64,000 nucleotides of DNA from Alphaproteobacteria bacterium (GCA_965216755.1 CBDCGL010000011.1:2080001-2144000), one strand, 5' to 3'. Positions 10,221-20,556 are shown, counted from the stretch's first letter. The notes: generated from the sequence alone by a model not told the origin. Numbers and translations: made by a program.

Positions 10221-10538
10221 ATGGCGCTCTACGAACTTCGCACCTACACGTTTTATGTGGGCAAGCTTCCCGAGGCCATTGCCCTGTACGAACATGAAGG
10301 CTGGCCAGCACTGCAAAAATACCAAGACAAACTGGTCGGATATTTTACTGGCGATATCGGCGGCATGAACCAGCTGATCCATCTGTGGAAGTTCGAGGAC
10401 GACGCGGATCGCCGTAAGTTCTGGGCAATGCTATTCGCCGACGCGGACTTTATGGCCTTTGGCAAGAAGTTGCGCCCGCTGATCTTGAACCAAGAGAACA
10501 AGTTGCTCATGGCCTCGCCCTGGGGACCGCATCCGTAA
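10221..10538 (+). CDS. NIPSNAP family protein
   Basis: MALYELRTY..LVGYF..IGGMNQLIHLWKFED..DR; GAGGAGG RBS. Confidence 0.9.
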   Translation: MALYELRTYTFYVGKLPEAIALYEHEGWPALQKYQDKLVGYFTGDIGGMNQLIHLWKFEDDADRRKFWAMLFADADFMAFGKKLRPLILNQENKLLMASPWGPHP

Positions 10539-10554
10539 AGACGCCAAAGCCTGG

Positions 10555-11727
10555 TTATCGGCCCACCAACATCGGCCCATACCGAACGAGGAACAGCGCA
10601 AATGCGATTGTCCACGCAGCGGCCGAGGTCAGCACAAGATCTTGGTACATTTCGACCGATAAGCCTGAAATCAAACGCAACATCGCACTCACGCTGATCA
10701 ACAGATAAATGACAATTGTCAGCCGATCGGCGGTCAGCGCGCGGCCGGTATGGCCCAGGGTCGCGCGGGTCATAACAGCCACAGTCATCGTACCGATACC
10801 ACCAACGGTCAAGGCGTGGATCGCCATGGCTTGCGTCAGCCCGTCAATCCAATGGCTCAGGCCGATCAGAATGAGGCCGACAGCGAGCCACGCGTAGCCC
10901 ACATGGAGCACCCAAACAAGGGCTTCCGATCCTGTTTGATCGCCCGCCCACCGGCCGACACGGAGCAGATGCAAAATGCCGGCGGTCACCATTCCGATGG
11001 CCGCAATGCGTGAGTCCGGACTGATCACCCACGCCGCCAACGCGGCGGCACCGATCAAAAGCGCGATTCGATCGAACATGCCGAACGGGCGCGGCAAACG
11101 CCTGGCGCTTTGCTTAACCAACCAATTGCGGGTAAAACTCGGCACAATGCGCCCGCCAATAAGCATGATCAGGCCCACCACGACTCCGATTCCAAAACGG
11201 ATGCCATACACACCCATAGGCAGGTGACCATTTGCTTCCAAATGCGACACGGCATTGGCCACAAGCAGACCAACAACCAGAACCAGGACAACCGCGTTAC
11301 GCCAGTTTTTGCCGGCAAGGATTTCGACCCCGATAACAAAGCCAAGACATGCGAGAAAAGCCACATCGACCAACGCCGTCATCCACGGTTCGATCAAGCC
11401 TTGTGCAACCACCGCCGCCCGTCCCGCAAGCCACAACACGGCCAGGCCGGCAAGTGGCCAGCCGCGAACCGGTAGCCGACCTGTCCAATTCGGAATCGCG
11501 GTCAATAAAAATCCGGATATGGTGGCCATTGCGTAGCCAAACACCATCTCGTGCATATGCCAAAAGCGGAAGTCCATCGCTGCCGTGCTGCCATTGAAGG
11601 CCAGCGCCATGGCAAATGGCACCGCGAACACGGCCCAGAATCCGGCTAACAAAAAAAATGGTCGCAGCCCGACTCGCAATAGCGCCGGAAGTTGTCGGGA
11701 GCGCACCTTGGATCTTTTGGGCGTCAT
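10555..11727 (-). CDS. nnrS: NnrS family membrane protein
   Basis: RPFFLLA, WHMHEMVFGY..GFLLTAIPNWTG, GGRIVPSFTRNW, MTRATLGHTGR. Confidence 0.93.
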   Translation of the reverse strand: MTPKRSKVRSRQLPALLRVGLRPFFLLAGFWAVFAVPFAMALAFNGSTAAMDFRFWHMHEMVFGYAMATISGFLLTAIPNWTGRLPVRGWPLAGLAVLWLAGRAAVVAQGLIEPWMTALVDVAFLACLGFVIGVEILAGKNWRNAVVLVLVVGLLVANAVSHLEANGHLPMGVYGIRFGIGVVVGLIMLIGGRIVPSFTRNWLVKQSARRLPRPFGMFDRIALLIGAAALAAWVISPDSRIAAIGMVTAGILHLLRVGRWAGDQTGSEALVWVLHVGYAWLAVGLILIGLSHWIDGLTQAMAIHALTVGGIGTMTVAVMTRATLGHTGRALTADRLTIVIYLLISVSAMLRLISGLSVEMYQDLVLTSAAAWTIAFALFLVRYGPMLVGR

Positions 11728-11790
11728 GCGTGCGGATCCGCGCTGGTTCGGCCTATCGCCTCAAATTGGACCAGGTGAACGCTCGTGTGT

Positions 11791-11804
11791 TTGACCGCCG
11801 TCAG
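11791..11804. promoter_or_regulatory. FNR/NnrR-type box upstream of nnrS
   Basis: TTGAC-CGCC-GTCAG, a near-palindrome resembling TTGAT-N4-ATCAA, about 65 bp before the nnrS start. Confidence 0.55.
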
Positions 11805-11981
11805 GTCGACAACATGCCCAGAGCTTGCGTGTGCGACACCGCATTGACACAATAACATTGTGAAAACGTGTGCAAATTCCGTGTCGTTCCCAACTGATCG
11901 GGATTTGGCGTATGGCTGACCAAATACAAAAAGATGACTCCGGTCCGAATGTTGCGGCGGAGCGAACAGGGGGAAGACGAG

Positions 11982-13781
11982 ATGCTGCGAAATACGATCG
12001 CTTGGTTATTGATCATCGGCCTGAGTTGGTCGACCGCGCTCGCGCAGACTGAACCGGCGGACTCCGCCATCAAGGGTGCGCTCTATGACATTGAACGCGC
12101 GGAACAGCAGCTGCCAACCCTGACACCATCACGCGCGGCCAACATCAAACGCGTGCAACGCTCCCTGTCGATGGCCCAGGAACGGCTCGACAGCTCGGCC
12201 AACAAAGATCACCCATCCTGGGCCGAGGCAAACGCGCGATTGGCTGTCTTGAACGCGGCGCTAGCCGCGTTGGCCGGGGGCGGCGAGCCGGCGGCAACGC
12301 CGCCGCCAACCCAAGCCGCTCCCGCGACGCCGGCCGAGACCGCCCCAACTGCGAGCACGCCAACGCCGGAAACCGCACCGCCAGTCGCCCAAGCCGATCC
12401 AAATGTCGACCGCGCAGGACGCGAGCTCGACATGATCAAACGCCAAATCGAGAGTTCTCGGCCTGGCGATTTGAGCCTCGGCAGCCGATTCTTGGGCGAT
12501 TTGGCGCGCATTCGGCAGCAGTTGGATGCGGTCGCGGACAAGTCGCACGCCACCTTTGGCGAAGTTGAAGCGGCCCACGCAGCGACCAAGAAACTGGTCG
12601 TCGACAACGTGCTCGTTGGCATACGGCACAATTATCAACTCATCGTCGACCACATTAACAACATGCAACCGTTACAATATCTGGTGAAGGCTGACGTCGA
12701 TCAGGTCGGATCAAACATTGTCACGGTGTACAACCAGCTCACCGCGCTCGACAGTCCCGATCATCCGGATGTCGCGGCGCTGATGGGCGGCATTCAGCAA
12801 GTCGCGCAAGAGCTCGAGCGCCGTGTCGCCGATGCCAAAGCTGAACACGCCAAGCTCGGCGATGTCGACGCCCAAGTTGCGGCCATCCAGGACCGTGCCT
12901 TCAGCATTAAAGTCCCGGAGGCACTGCTTGACCCGGTGACAAGTGAGCAGGTCGCCACCTACGCTAACGGCGTCACCGCGCTGCGCGCGCATATGGAACA
13001 AGACCTAGCCTGGCTCAAGTCGATCGACGGCAGAACACCGATGGATGTTGATCAATCCAACCTATATCGCCGGCTGGTCAGCATGTTGGAGTTTGAGAAA
13101 CCGTCGGATCTCGACATTTCTCTGTCCAACACAATCTATGCGGTTGATATCGGCCCCAGCACCGCCATCACCTATCTCGACTTCGTCAATGAGACCGACC
13201 CCGGCGATGTCAACCACCGGGCCAATCGTTTGCTCGGCGAGGGCCGGTTCGAAGAGATGATGGACAGGCTGAACAAAGGCATCGAATCCGTCAAGACCGC
13301 TCAAGCATTCGACCAAGCCATGGCCCGCACAGATGCCCCGGACCGTGGTGAACAACTCGCCCTGCTTGAAGCAGGTGTTGAAACGGCGAAGGCGAAACGG
13401 GCCGAGGCTTTGGGCAGCATGAGTATGCCAGAGGCCAAATCGGACGATCCGGATTTGTTGGCGGCCGCAGCAGAGGTGCTTGCTCGGCCGGACTACAGCT
13501 ACGAATATGAACGATTGGTCATCAGCTATGGCCCGCATCACCGGTCACGCAGCGAAGGCACAATCGACCCCGGCACGGTGACCACCACGATCTCCGTTTA
13601 TGACTATGAGTGGGACGAATTCCAAGCCACGACGGCCGAGAAAGTGGGCGATAAGTTCTTCTTGTTTGTTAACGAGTTTCGCTTTTACAACTCCGGCGGT
13701 AATACGACACCACTCGACAGATGGATTCTCACGGATCGTTTCCAGACCAGCGAGATTCCAGAGGAGAATATCAACAACTAG
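11982..13781 (+). CDS. Hypothetical secreted protein (~600 aa) with helical repeats
   Basis: Long ORF; signal peptide MLRNTIAW..STALA; Pro/Ala/Thr linker; no family recognised. Confidence 0.8.
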   Translation: MLRNTIAWLLIIGLSWSTALAQTEPADSAIKGALYDIERAEQQLPTLTPSRAANIKRVQRSLSMAQERLDSSANKDHPSWAEANARLAVLNAALAALAGGGEPAATPPPTQAAPATPAETAPTASTPTPETAPPVAQADPNVDRAGRELDMIKRQIESSRPGDLSLGSRFLGDLARIRQQLDAVADKSHATFGEVEAAHAATKKLVVDNVLVGIRHNYQLIVDHINNMQPLQYLVKADVDQVGSNIVTVYNQLTALDSPDHPDVAALMGGIQQVAQELERRVADAKAEHAKLGDVDAQVAAIQDRAFSIKVPEALLDPVTSEQVATYANGVTALRAHMEQDLAWLKSIDGRTPMDVDQSNLYRRLVSMLEFEKPSDLDISLSNTIYAVDIGPSTAITYLDFVNETDPGDVNHRANRLLGEGRFEEMMDRLNKGIESVKTAQAFDQAMARTDAPDRGEQLALLEAGVETAKAKRAEALGSMSMPEAKSDDPDLLAAAAEVLARPDYSYEYERLVISYGPHHRSRSEGTIDPGTVTTTISVYDYEWDEFQATTAEKVGDKFFLFVNEFRFYNSGGNTTPLDRWILTDRFQTSEIPEENINN

Positions 13782-13802
13782 CGCACAACGAAGGAGCATT
13801 TG

Positions 13803-14945
13803 ATGCAATGGGCTGTGGCGCGGTGTCTATCGGTAATCGGTGCGGCAATTGCCTTGGCAATCGTCATGGGCGGGCCAACACAAAGTGAGACCGAGATAAG
13901 AATCAGCTCCTGGGTGTCGCCCAAGCATCCGGCCAACTATGGCGGTTACCGGCCATTCATGGAAGCGATCCAGGCCGCCGCTGACGACAGCATTTCGTTT
14001 CGCCTGTTCGAAGGAGGCGCATTACTAGGCGCCAAGACAACGCTATCGGGCGTGCGCGACGGAATCGCGGACGTTGGCCTGCTCGCGCTAACCTATCACC
14101 CGGCGGAATTCCCACATGCCCAACTGCTCGCCGACCTCGCCATGTTTGGGGTCGATCCACCGGCGACGGCCGCGGCGATCACCGAGCTCAATCTGCTGCA
14201 CTGCCCACCATGTTTGCAGGAATTTGCCGCCCAGAACCTCGTCTATGGCGGCACATATTCAAGCGCGCCCTATGTGATTATCGGCACCAAGACGATCGCC
14301 AGTTTGGCCGATCTCAAGGGCGCCCGCGTGCGCACGCCGGGTCGTGTCTGGGATCGTTGGGCAACCCAGCTGGGGGCAGTGCCGGTGAGCCTGCCATCGA
14401 CCGACATGTTTGAAGGCCTGGAAAGAGGCATCGTCGATGTTGTCCTGCAACCCCCGGCTGCGCTCCGATCCTACGGCCTGCGCGACGTCGCAAGCCACGT
14501 CACTTTACTTGATCTCGGCACCTATCACGTGGTGACTTTGTTCAGCTTCAATCGCGACACATGGGGCGACCTGAACGATGATCAACGCCAACTTCTTTTG
14601 GATCATGCCGCACTTGGCGTGATCGGCGTATCGGCCGCCTATACGGCACTCGATGCCGAGGTCATCGCGGAATCGGCCGAGGATGGCATCACTTTCGCGG
14701 ATCCGAGCGAAGAGCTTCGCGCTGATCGCGCGACGTTCGCGGCCGCGGATTTGGCCGTCGTCGCCGACACGGCACGCGCCGACTACGGCATTGCCGAACC
14801 GGAGCCGATAATTGATCTGTTTCGAAAGTTAACAGAGAAATGGCGTGACCGCTTCGCGTCCATGCAAGACGACCCGTCGGCCATGGCCGCGGCGTTAAAG
14901 GCTGAGGTCTTCGACCAACTCGATGCCTCGAACTATGGCATGTAG
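13803..14945 (+). CDS. dctP: TRAP transporter substrate-binding protein DctP
   Basis: Signal peptide; GGALLG..LSGVRDGIADVG, LADLKGARVRT, LGAVPVSLP..EGLERG; AAGGAG RBS. Confidence 0.9.
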   Translation: MQWAVARCLSVIGAAIALAIVMGGPTQSETEIRISSWVSPKHPANYGGYRPFMEAIQAAADDSISFRLFEGGALLGAKTTLSGVRDGIADVGLLALTYHPAEFPHAQLLADLAMFGVDPPATAAAITELNLLHCPPCLQEFAAQNLVYGGTYSSAPYVIIGTKTIASLADLKGARVRTPGRVWDRWATQLGAVPVSLPSTDMFEGLERGIVDVVLQPPAALRSYGLRDVASHVTLLDLGTYHVVTLFSFNRDTWGDLNDDQRQLLLDHAALGVIGVSAAYTALDAEVIAESAEDGITFADPSEELRADRATFAAADLAVVADTARADYGIAEPEPIIDLFRKLTEKWRDRFASMQDDPSAMAAALKAEVFDQLDASNYGM

Positions 14946-14950
14946 TCGGA

Positions 14951-16255
14951 CTACCGGAGCAGGCCGGGTAGCCACAGCGCCAAAACCGGGAATGCGATAA
15001 GCAGGCCGACGGTGACGAGATCCGCGCCGACAAACCACGCGATGCCCCGGAATATGGTCGTCGTCGGAATATCTGGCGTGGCCCCCTTCACGACAAAAAC
15101 GTTGAGCCCGACCGGTGGTGTAATCAGCCCGATCTCAAGATACTTGGTCAACAAGATGCCCAGCCAGATCAAATTGATGTCAGCCGCCTCAGCGACCGGC
15201 AGGATAATCGGCAGAGTCAGCAGCATGATCCCGATTGGATCGAGAAACATGCCGAGTAGCAAATAGACGACCGAGAAACCAATCACCAGCAGCAAAGTTC
15301 CCTCCCCTTGTGCCGCAACAACCGAGGCCAAGGCCTCCGGCACCCCGGACAAGGCGAGAAAACGCGTGAGCAAGGCAGCCCCGACGGCGATGATAAAAAT
15401 CGCAGCCGTGCTGTGGACCGTTTCAGTAACCGCTTCCCGCGCCGCCGCTAAAGTCAGCTTGCCGCGTGACGCCGCGATGATGAGAGCCATCATGGCGCCG
15501 ACGGCGCCGGCTTCGGTCGGTGTGAACAAACCGCCGAACAACCCCCCGAATACGCCGATGATCATGACCAGTACAGGCCAGGTCTCGCGCAACGCGGCAA
15601 CTTTTTCGGACAGCGGCGCACCGACCAGACGCTCCGGAGCCAGCGACGGTTTCGCACGCACGCGCAGCGATATCATGCCGCCATACATCACTGCCGTCAG
15701 CACGCCCGGGATGATGCCTGCAATGAAGAGTTGGCTAATCGGGACCTCTGCAAAGATTCCATATATCAGCAAAATAATACTGGGGGGAATCAGTGAACCG
15801 ATGGTTCCAGCCGCCGCCACGGCGCCGGCCGCCAGCGCCGGATCGTAGTGGTGCGCGCGCATTTCCGGCAGCGCGATCTTTGCCATTGCTGCGGCACATG
15901 CGACCGACGACCCACTGACAGCGGAAAACAGTGCCGCACCGGCGACCGTTGTGTGAGCCAGCCCGCCGGGCACGCCGCCAAGCCAAACCCGCGCCGCGCG
16001 AAATAGCCCTTCCGTCAGGCCGGTCCGAAAGCTGACAAATCCCATCAATAAAAACATCGGGATCGAACTTAACGACCAATGGGCGACAAAATCATAGGGC
16101 ACCGAAGCCAAAAGCCCCCACGCCGCGCGACCGCCAACCAATAGCCAGATCCCAACAAACGCCACAGCGCCCAGCGCCGCCCCGACCGGCACGCGCAACA
16201 GCAGCAGGATCACCAAGACGCCAAGCCCCGCGATCCCCGTCGAAAGCGCGCTCAT
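14951..16255 (-). CDS. dctM: TRAP transporter large permease DctM
   Basis: IPMFLLMG, SGSSVA, GTIGSLIPPS, FTPTEAGA, EIGLITPPVGLN. Confidence 0.95.
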   Translation of the reverse strand: MSALSTGIAGLGVLVILLLLRVPVGAALGAVAFVGIWLLVGGRAAWGLLASVPYDFVAHWSLSSIPMFLLMGFVSFRTGLTEGLFRAARVWLGGVPGGLAHTTVAGAALFSAVSGSSVACAAAMAKIALPEMRAHHYDPALAAGAVAAAGTIGSLIPPSIILLIYGIFAEVPISQLFIAGIIPGVLTAVMYGGMISLRVRAKPSLAPERLVGAPLSEKVAALRETWPVLVMIIGVFGGLFGGLFTPTEAGAVGAMMALIIAASRGKLTLAAAREAVTETVHSTAAIFIIAVGAALLTRFLALSGVPEALASVVAAQGEGTLLLVIGFSVVYLLLGMFLDPIGIMLLTLPIILPVAEAADINLIWLGILLTKYLEIGLITPPVGLNVFVVKGATPDIPTTTIFRGIAWFVGADLVTVGLLIAFPVLALWLPGLLR

Positions 16256-16303
16256 AAGACACGCCTGCCGTTGCGGTTGGTCATGGTTTGACCGTCTGCC
16301 CGT

Positions 16304-16795
16304 CTACCGCGTGCCACGGGCGACGCGGCAAGTCGACAGGATGAGCGCCAAAACGAGCACGAAGCAGCCGATCGGTACAAGAAATCGTGTCGGCCATGTC
16401 ACCAGAGTCGCGGCACCCAGCGCATATTCGCCGATTTGAAATTTGGCCAGTGCCTCTTGCCCGGTGCGCCAGGTAAGCGCAGCAAAATATGCGGCGGCGA
16501 CCAACGACCCAAAACCAACCGTTATCATGGCGCCTTTGACGGATAGATTTTGGCTGAGTAATTCCACGACAATATGCTTGTCATGACATTCAACCGCCGC
16601 CAACGGCAAAAAGACGACGGCAACCATGTAATAGTATGAGACGATTTCCGTCGTCATTGGGATCGGGCGATCGAATACAAAGCGTCCGATTACATCCAAA
16701 TTGATGTGCACCAGCATGGCCACCAAGGCCACACCGCCGAGAATGCTTAAGCCATTGGCTGCATGCCGCGTCGCACCGTTCAGCCCCGACATCAT
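16304..16795 (-). CDS. dctQ: TRAP transporter small permease DctQ
   Basis: Four TM segments, DVIGRFVFDRPI..EIV, HIVVE; directly upstream of dctM. Confidence 0.9.
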   Translation of the reverse strand: MMSGLNGATRHAANGLSILGGVALVAMLVHINLDVIGRFVFDRPIPMTTEIVSYYYMVAVVFLPLAAVECHDKHIVVELLSQNLSVKGAMITVGFGSLVAAAYFAALTWRTGQEALAKFQIGEYALGAATLVTWPTRFLVPIGCFVLVLALILSTCRVARGTR

Positions 16796-17568
16796 GGATC
16801 GCGATCCGAATCATACGGCAAGGCCGCGGCCGCGGCCTGCCACAGCGCCCGACCGCCGGGACAGGTCTGTTCCTCGCGCAAATGGCCGACCAACCCGGCG
16901 GCACGGCTGATCACCGCGATACCACGCATGATCTCACGGGCCAGCCCAATTTCGCCCAATACCGCGGCAACGGCGCCCGTCGCATTGATCGTAATATGAC
17001 GCCGAAAGACGCGATCGACGGCCGCCGACAACGCCCGCAGCGCGGCGATGTGGCGTCCCGGCACGCCCGCCGCCTCGGCAACCGCCAGCAATTTGGGCGG
17101 CCGCGGATCGTCCGGCCGATGCAGATGATGCCCAAATCCGGGAACGGGCATTCGCGCCGTCCTGTGGCGACGCGCGATTGCCTCGGCGGTCACTGCGGCC
17201 GGCTCATGCGCACCAAGGATCTCGTCAATCAGGGCGGCGGCTTGTTCAATTGTGCCAACGAACTGGCTGCCAACGCCCAACAGGCCGGCGGCCACCGCGC
17301 CCTGCATCGCCTCCGGCGCCGACATATACGTCAGGCGTGCCGAAATCACGCTTGGTGTGATGCCATGCTCCATCAACGTGACGAGCACCGCGTCGATAAT
17401 CTTGGTTTCGCCCGCGGTCGGATGACGCCCGGTCAGATGAAAAAAGATCATCTCTGTGAACGTCATTTGGCCGATCAGATCGTCGGTCAAATTCGCCCCT
17501 CTGATGAAAATCGCATCATCGGTGTGATAGGCGATCGCCGTCCGCGCCTTCGGTTTTGTAATCATCAC
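16792..17568 (-). CDS. Citryl-CoA lyase / citrate synthase-like protein
   Basis: LMEHGITPS, PEAMQGAVAAGLLGVGS, PGFGHHLH..DDPR, INATGA, SRAAGLVGH; overlaps the dctQ start by 4 bp. Confidence 0.9.
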   Translation of the reverse strand: MMITKPKARTAIAYHTDDAIFIRGANLTDDLIGQMTFTEMIFFHLTGRHPTAGETKIIDAVLVTLMEHGITPSVISARLTYMSAPEAMQGAVAAGLLGVGSQFVGTIEQAAALIDEILGAHEPAAVTAEAIARRHRTARMPVPGFGHHLHRPDDPRPPKLLAVAEAAGVPGRHIAALRALSAAVDRVFRRHITINATGAVAAVLGEIGLAREIMRGIAVISRAAGLVGHLREEQTCPGGRALWQAAAAALPYDSDRDP

Positions 17569-17894
17569 AGTCTCTCGTGCATGCGGGCCGACACTCGTGT
17601 TGCGGCGGCGATCACATCATCACCGCTGGTTGACCGCCAGTCGCGGCGCATCGGCCACGCGCATAAGCCCACCCGCTATCGCTGGTCAATGTCGGTTTTC
17701 CGGCGCCCATAAAAATTCGCGTACTATAGATCTGTTACACCATCGGATCCTAGGGCAACCGCATCAGGGCCGCGACCAACACACGTGTCGACCATCGCGG
17801 CATTGCCACCTTCGAAGACTAACCACACCGACTTGCCGGTCAAGCAATGCCCCGGCACAATGGCCAGATGACGAACCCGTCAGGACGGACAAAT

Positions 17895-19115
17895 ATGGTC
17901 GACCCCAGTTACACGCGCCCTTTCGCCGGAATCCGTGTTATCGATTTTAGCCAAGGCCTGGCCGGCCCCTATTGTGGTCAAATGCTCGCCGCCTACGGCG
18001 CGGATGTCATCAAGGTCGAACCACGCGAAGGCGACTGGTCACGCCAGCTCGGCACCCGCCACGGCGCGCACACGGCCCTGGAAATGGCGGTCAATCGAGG
18101 CAAACGCAGTATCGCGCTTGATCTCAAGTCTGACGCTGGCCGCGACGCCGCGTTGTCGCTGATCAATGACAGCGACGTAATCATCGAGAGTTTCAGACCC
18201 GGAGCCGCCGACCGGCTGGGCATAGGCTTTGAGCAAGTCTCTGCCCTGAATCCAAGAGCGTTGTATGTCTCGATCAATGGCTATGGCCGCACGGGTCCCT
18301 ATGCCCAGCGATCCTGCACGGACACGGTGGCACAAGCGTTCTCAGGTATTATGGCACTGAACCGAGACGGCCACAGCCAACCCCAGCGTGTCGGCATTGT
18401 ATTGGTCGACACAGTGACGGCCATGTTCGCCTTTCAGGCCGTGGCAACGTCGCTCTACGCCAGGCGAAACCAAGGCCGGCTCATTGATGTAAGCCTGATG
18501 CAATCGGCGGCCGCTTTTTTGGCGCCCAAAATCGTCGAACAGCATTTGGAAGGCGAGGCCCCTCGCGCCCTCAATGCCCCCGCGGGAAGCTACCAAACGG
18601 CCGACGGTTGGATCGCGGTCACATTGGTCCGCGAAAGCCACTTCCCGGCCATTTGCGGTGTATTGTCGCGGCCCGATTTGGTGACCGACCGGCGTTTCGC
18701 AGACCCGCACGACCGGGCCGATTCGGCCGCCGAGTTGATCGCCATCGTGCGGGATATCATACGCGCGCGACCAAGCGCCGTGTGGCTGGAGGCATTTGCC
18801 AAGGCGGGCGTGCTGTGCAACCCGATAAACGATTTGGCGGCGTGGCGCGCAGATCCGCACGTCAAGGCTGTTGACGCTGCGCCGATGATGCCGCAAGACG
18901 CGGTCGGCGCTATACCGTTACCGCGGCTTCCGGGCCAACCGAGCGACGCGGTCGAAAATCTCACCGCCGGCGCGCCTGTCGTGGGTGAACACACCATCGC
19001 CATACTCCGGGAACTTGGCTATGACGCAGTCGCGATTGATAATCTGCGCGCGGCGAAGGTCATCGCTGATGAACAGGCTGAGCCCACAGCGCTCGCGAAA
19101 GCGCAGGCCAGATGA
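17895..19115 (+). CDS. CaiB/BaiF family (class III) CoA transferase
   Basis: GIRVIDFSQGLAGP, YGADVIKVEP, NRGKRSIALDLK, ESFRPG. Confidence 0.93.
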   Translation: MVDPSYTRPFAGIRVIDFSQGLAGPYCGQMLAAYGADVIKVEPREGDWSRQLGTRHGAHTALEMAVNRGKRSIALDLKSDAGRDAALSLINDSDVIIESFRPGAADRLGIGFEQVSALNPRALYVSINGYGRTGPYAQRSCTDTVAQAFSGIMALNRDGHSQPQRVGIVLVDTVTAMFAFQAVATSLYARRNQGRLIDVSLMQSAAAFLAPKIVEQHLEGEAPRALNAPAGSYQTADGWIAVTLVRESHFPAICGVLSRPDLVTDRRFADPHDRADSAAELIAIVRDIIRARPSAVWLEAFAKAGVLCNPINDLAAWRADPHVKAVDAAPMMPQDAVGAIPLPRLPGQPSDAVENLTAGAPVVGEHTIAILRELGYDAVAIDNLRAAKVIADEQAEPTALAKAQAR

Positions 19116-19573
19116 CCGACAAGCGCCGTCGCTGGCCACCTCGCTTTGACGATTTCAAAAAAGGGGATCAATTTGAAAGTTATCGGCGCACGGTTACCGA
19201 AAGCGACCTGATCACTTTCACGGGCCTGGCCGGATTGAAACTGCCAGTCTTCTTGGATGAAGACTTCGCGCGCGACGAGTCGCCTTATGGTCGGCGCATC
19301 GTGCCCGGTTTTCTAACGGCGGCGCTGTCCGCTGGCATGATGGAAAGCGTGCTTGGCCCCGATTTGGTCGCAGGCCTCGGCATGGACGCGTTTCAGTTTC
19401 ACAGCCCTGTCCGCCCAGGCGACACCATCCGCGCGCGGTTTACTGTGAATCAAGCACGGCCGACCAGGGATCGATCACGGGGAGTCCTCACACTCCATAT
19501 CGAAGTGCTCAATCAGGATACGCAATGCGTCCTGGAGTACATGGCCACCGTGATGATGCTTGCCCGAGTCTAA
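19112..19573 (+). CDS. MaoC/PaaZ-like hotdog dehydratase
   Basis: RTVTESD..FTGL, YGRRIVPG, F..PVRPGDTI, VLNQ; ATGA overlap with the CoA transferase. Confidence 0.85.
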   Translation: MTDKRRRWPPRFDDFKKGDQFESYRRTVTESDLITFTGLAGLKLPVFLDEDFARDESPYGRRIVPGFLTAALSAGMMESVLGPDLVAGLGMDAFQFHSPVRPGDTIRARFTVNQARPTRDRSRGVLTLHIEVLNQDTQCVLEYMATVMMLARV

Positions 19574-20496
19574 ACGGGGTCCCAAGCAAACACGTCGGTC
19601 GTAACATCTAGATTGTAGAACGAGCTGCTCAAGGCCGGGATGGCATGGGCGCTGACGGCCTGCGGTGTCCAACCCGCGCCGCGGTGAACTGATCGCAGCG
19701 GACGGGATTGGCCCATCAAGAATATCTCGTTGTTACGGACCGCGAAGATCTGACCCGTAACACCAGCTTCGGTCGCCCGGTCGCTGAGCAAATAGACCGC
19801 CAACGGCGCAATTTTATCCGGCGTCATTTCCTTGAGTCGCTCCACGCGCGCAGCCTGGGCCTCGTTTTGGATTGGGATCGTGCCAATCATGCGGCTCCAT
19901 GCGAACGGAGATATGCAGTTCGAGCGCACGTTGAAGCGATGCATGTCGAGCGCGATCGATTTCGACAAACCGGTTATGCCCAATTTTGCTGCGGCATAGT
20001 TTGCCTGGCCAACATTGCCGATCAAACCGCTGGTCGAGGTCATGTGGACGAAAGCGCCGTGACCCTGCTCGCGAAACCGCGCCGCCGCCGCCCGGCTGAC
20101 GTTGAAGCTGCCTTTCAAATGAACCCCGATCACGGCATCCCAATCCGCTTCCGTCATTTTGTGAAAAATGACATCGCGCAAAATACCGGCATTGTTGACC
20201 ACCGCATCAAGTCGACCAAAGCGCTCAACCGCGGCCGCAACCATGGCCTCCGCCGCCGCAAAATCCGTCACACTATCGAAATTGGTGATGGCCTCGCCGC
20301 CCGCTTCGGCAATCTCATTGACGACTTCCAGCGCCGGTACTTGGTCGGTGCCCTCGCCTTTCTCTGTACCGCCAAGGTCGTTGACAACGACTCGCGCGCC
20401 CTCGGCCGCCAATAGCTTGGCGATGCCGCGGCCAATCCCCCGGCCGGCCCCCGTGACCAGAACCACTTTGTCCCTGACGATGCCTTCACCACTCAT
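19570..20496 (-). CDS. SDR oxidoreductase (3-hydroxyacyl-CoA dehydrogenase-like)
   Basis: TGAGRGIG, VVNDLG, NNAGILRD, YAAAK. Confidence 0.93.
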   Translation of the reverse strand: MSGEGIVRDKVVLVTGAGRGIGRGIAKLLAAEGARVVVNDLGGTEKGEGTDQVPALEVVNEIAEAGGEAITNFDSVTDFAAAEAMVAAAVERFGRLDAVVNNAGILRDVIFHKMTEADWDAVIGVHLKGSFNVSRAAAARFREQGHGAFVHMTSTSGLIGNVGQANYAAAKLGITGLSKSIALDMHRFNVRSNCISPFAWSRMIGTIPIQNEAQAARVERLKEMTPDKIAPLAVYLLSDRATEAGVTGQIFAVRNNEIFLMGQSRPLRSVHRGAGWTPQAVSAHAIPALSSSFYNLDVTTDVFAWDPV

Positions 20497-20556
20497 CGTT
20501 CACGCTCCTAGCGGTTTTGCTCAAGTTTTGATCTGGATAGGGCCGAAAGACCGCTG

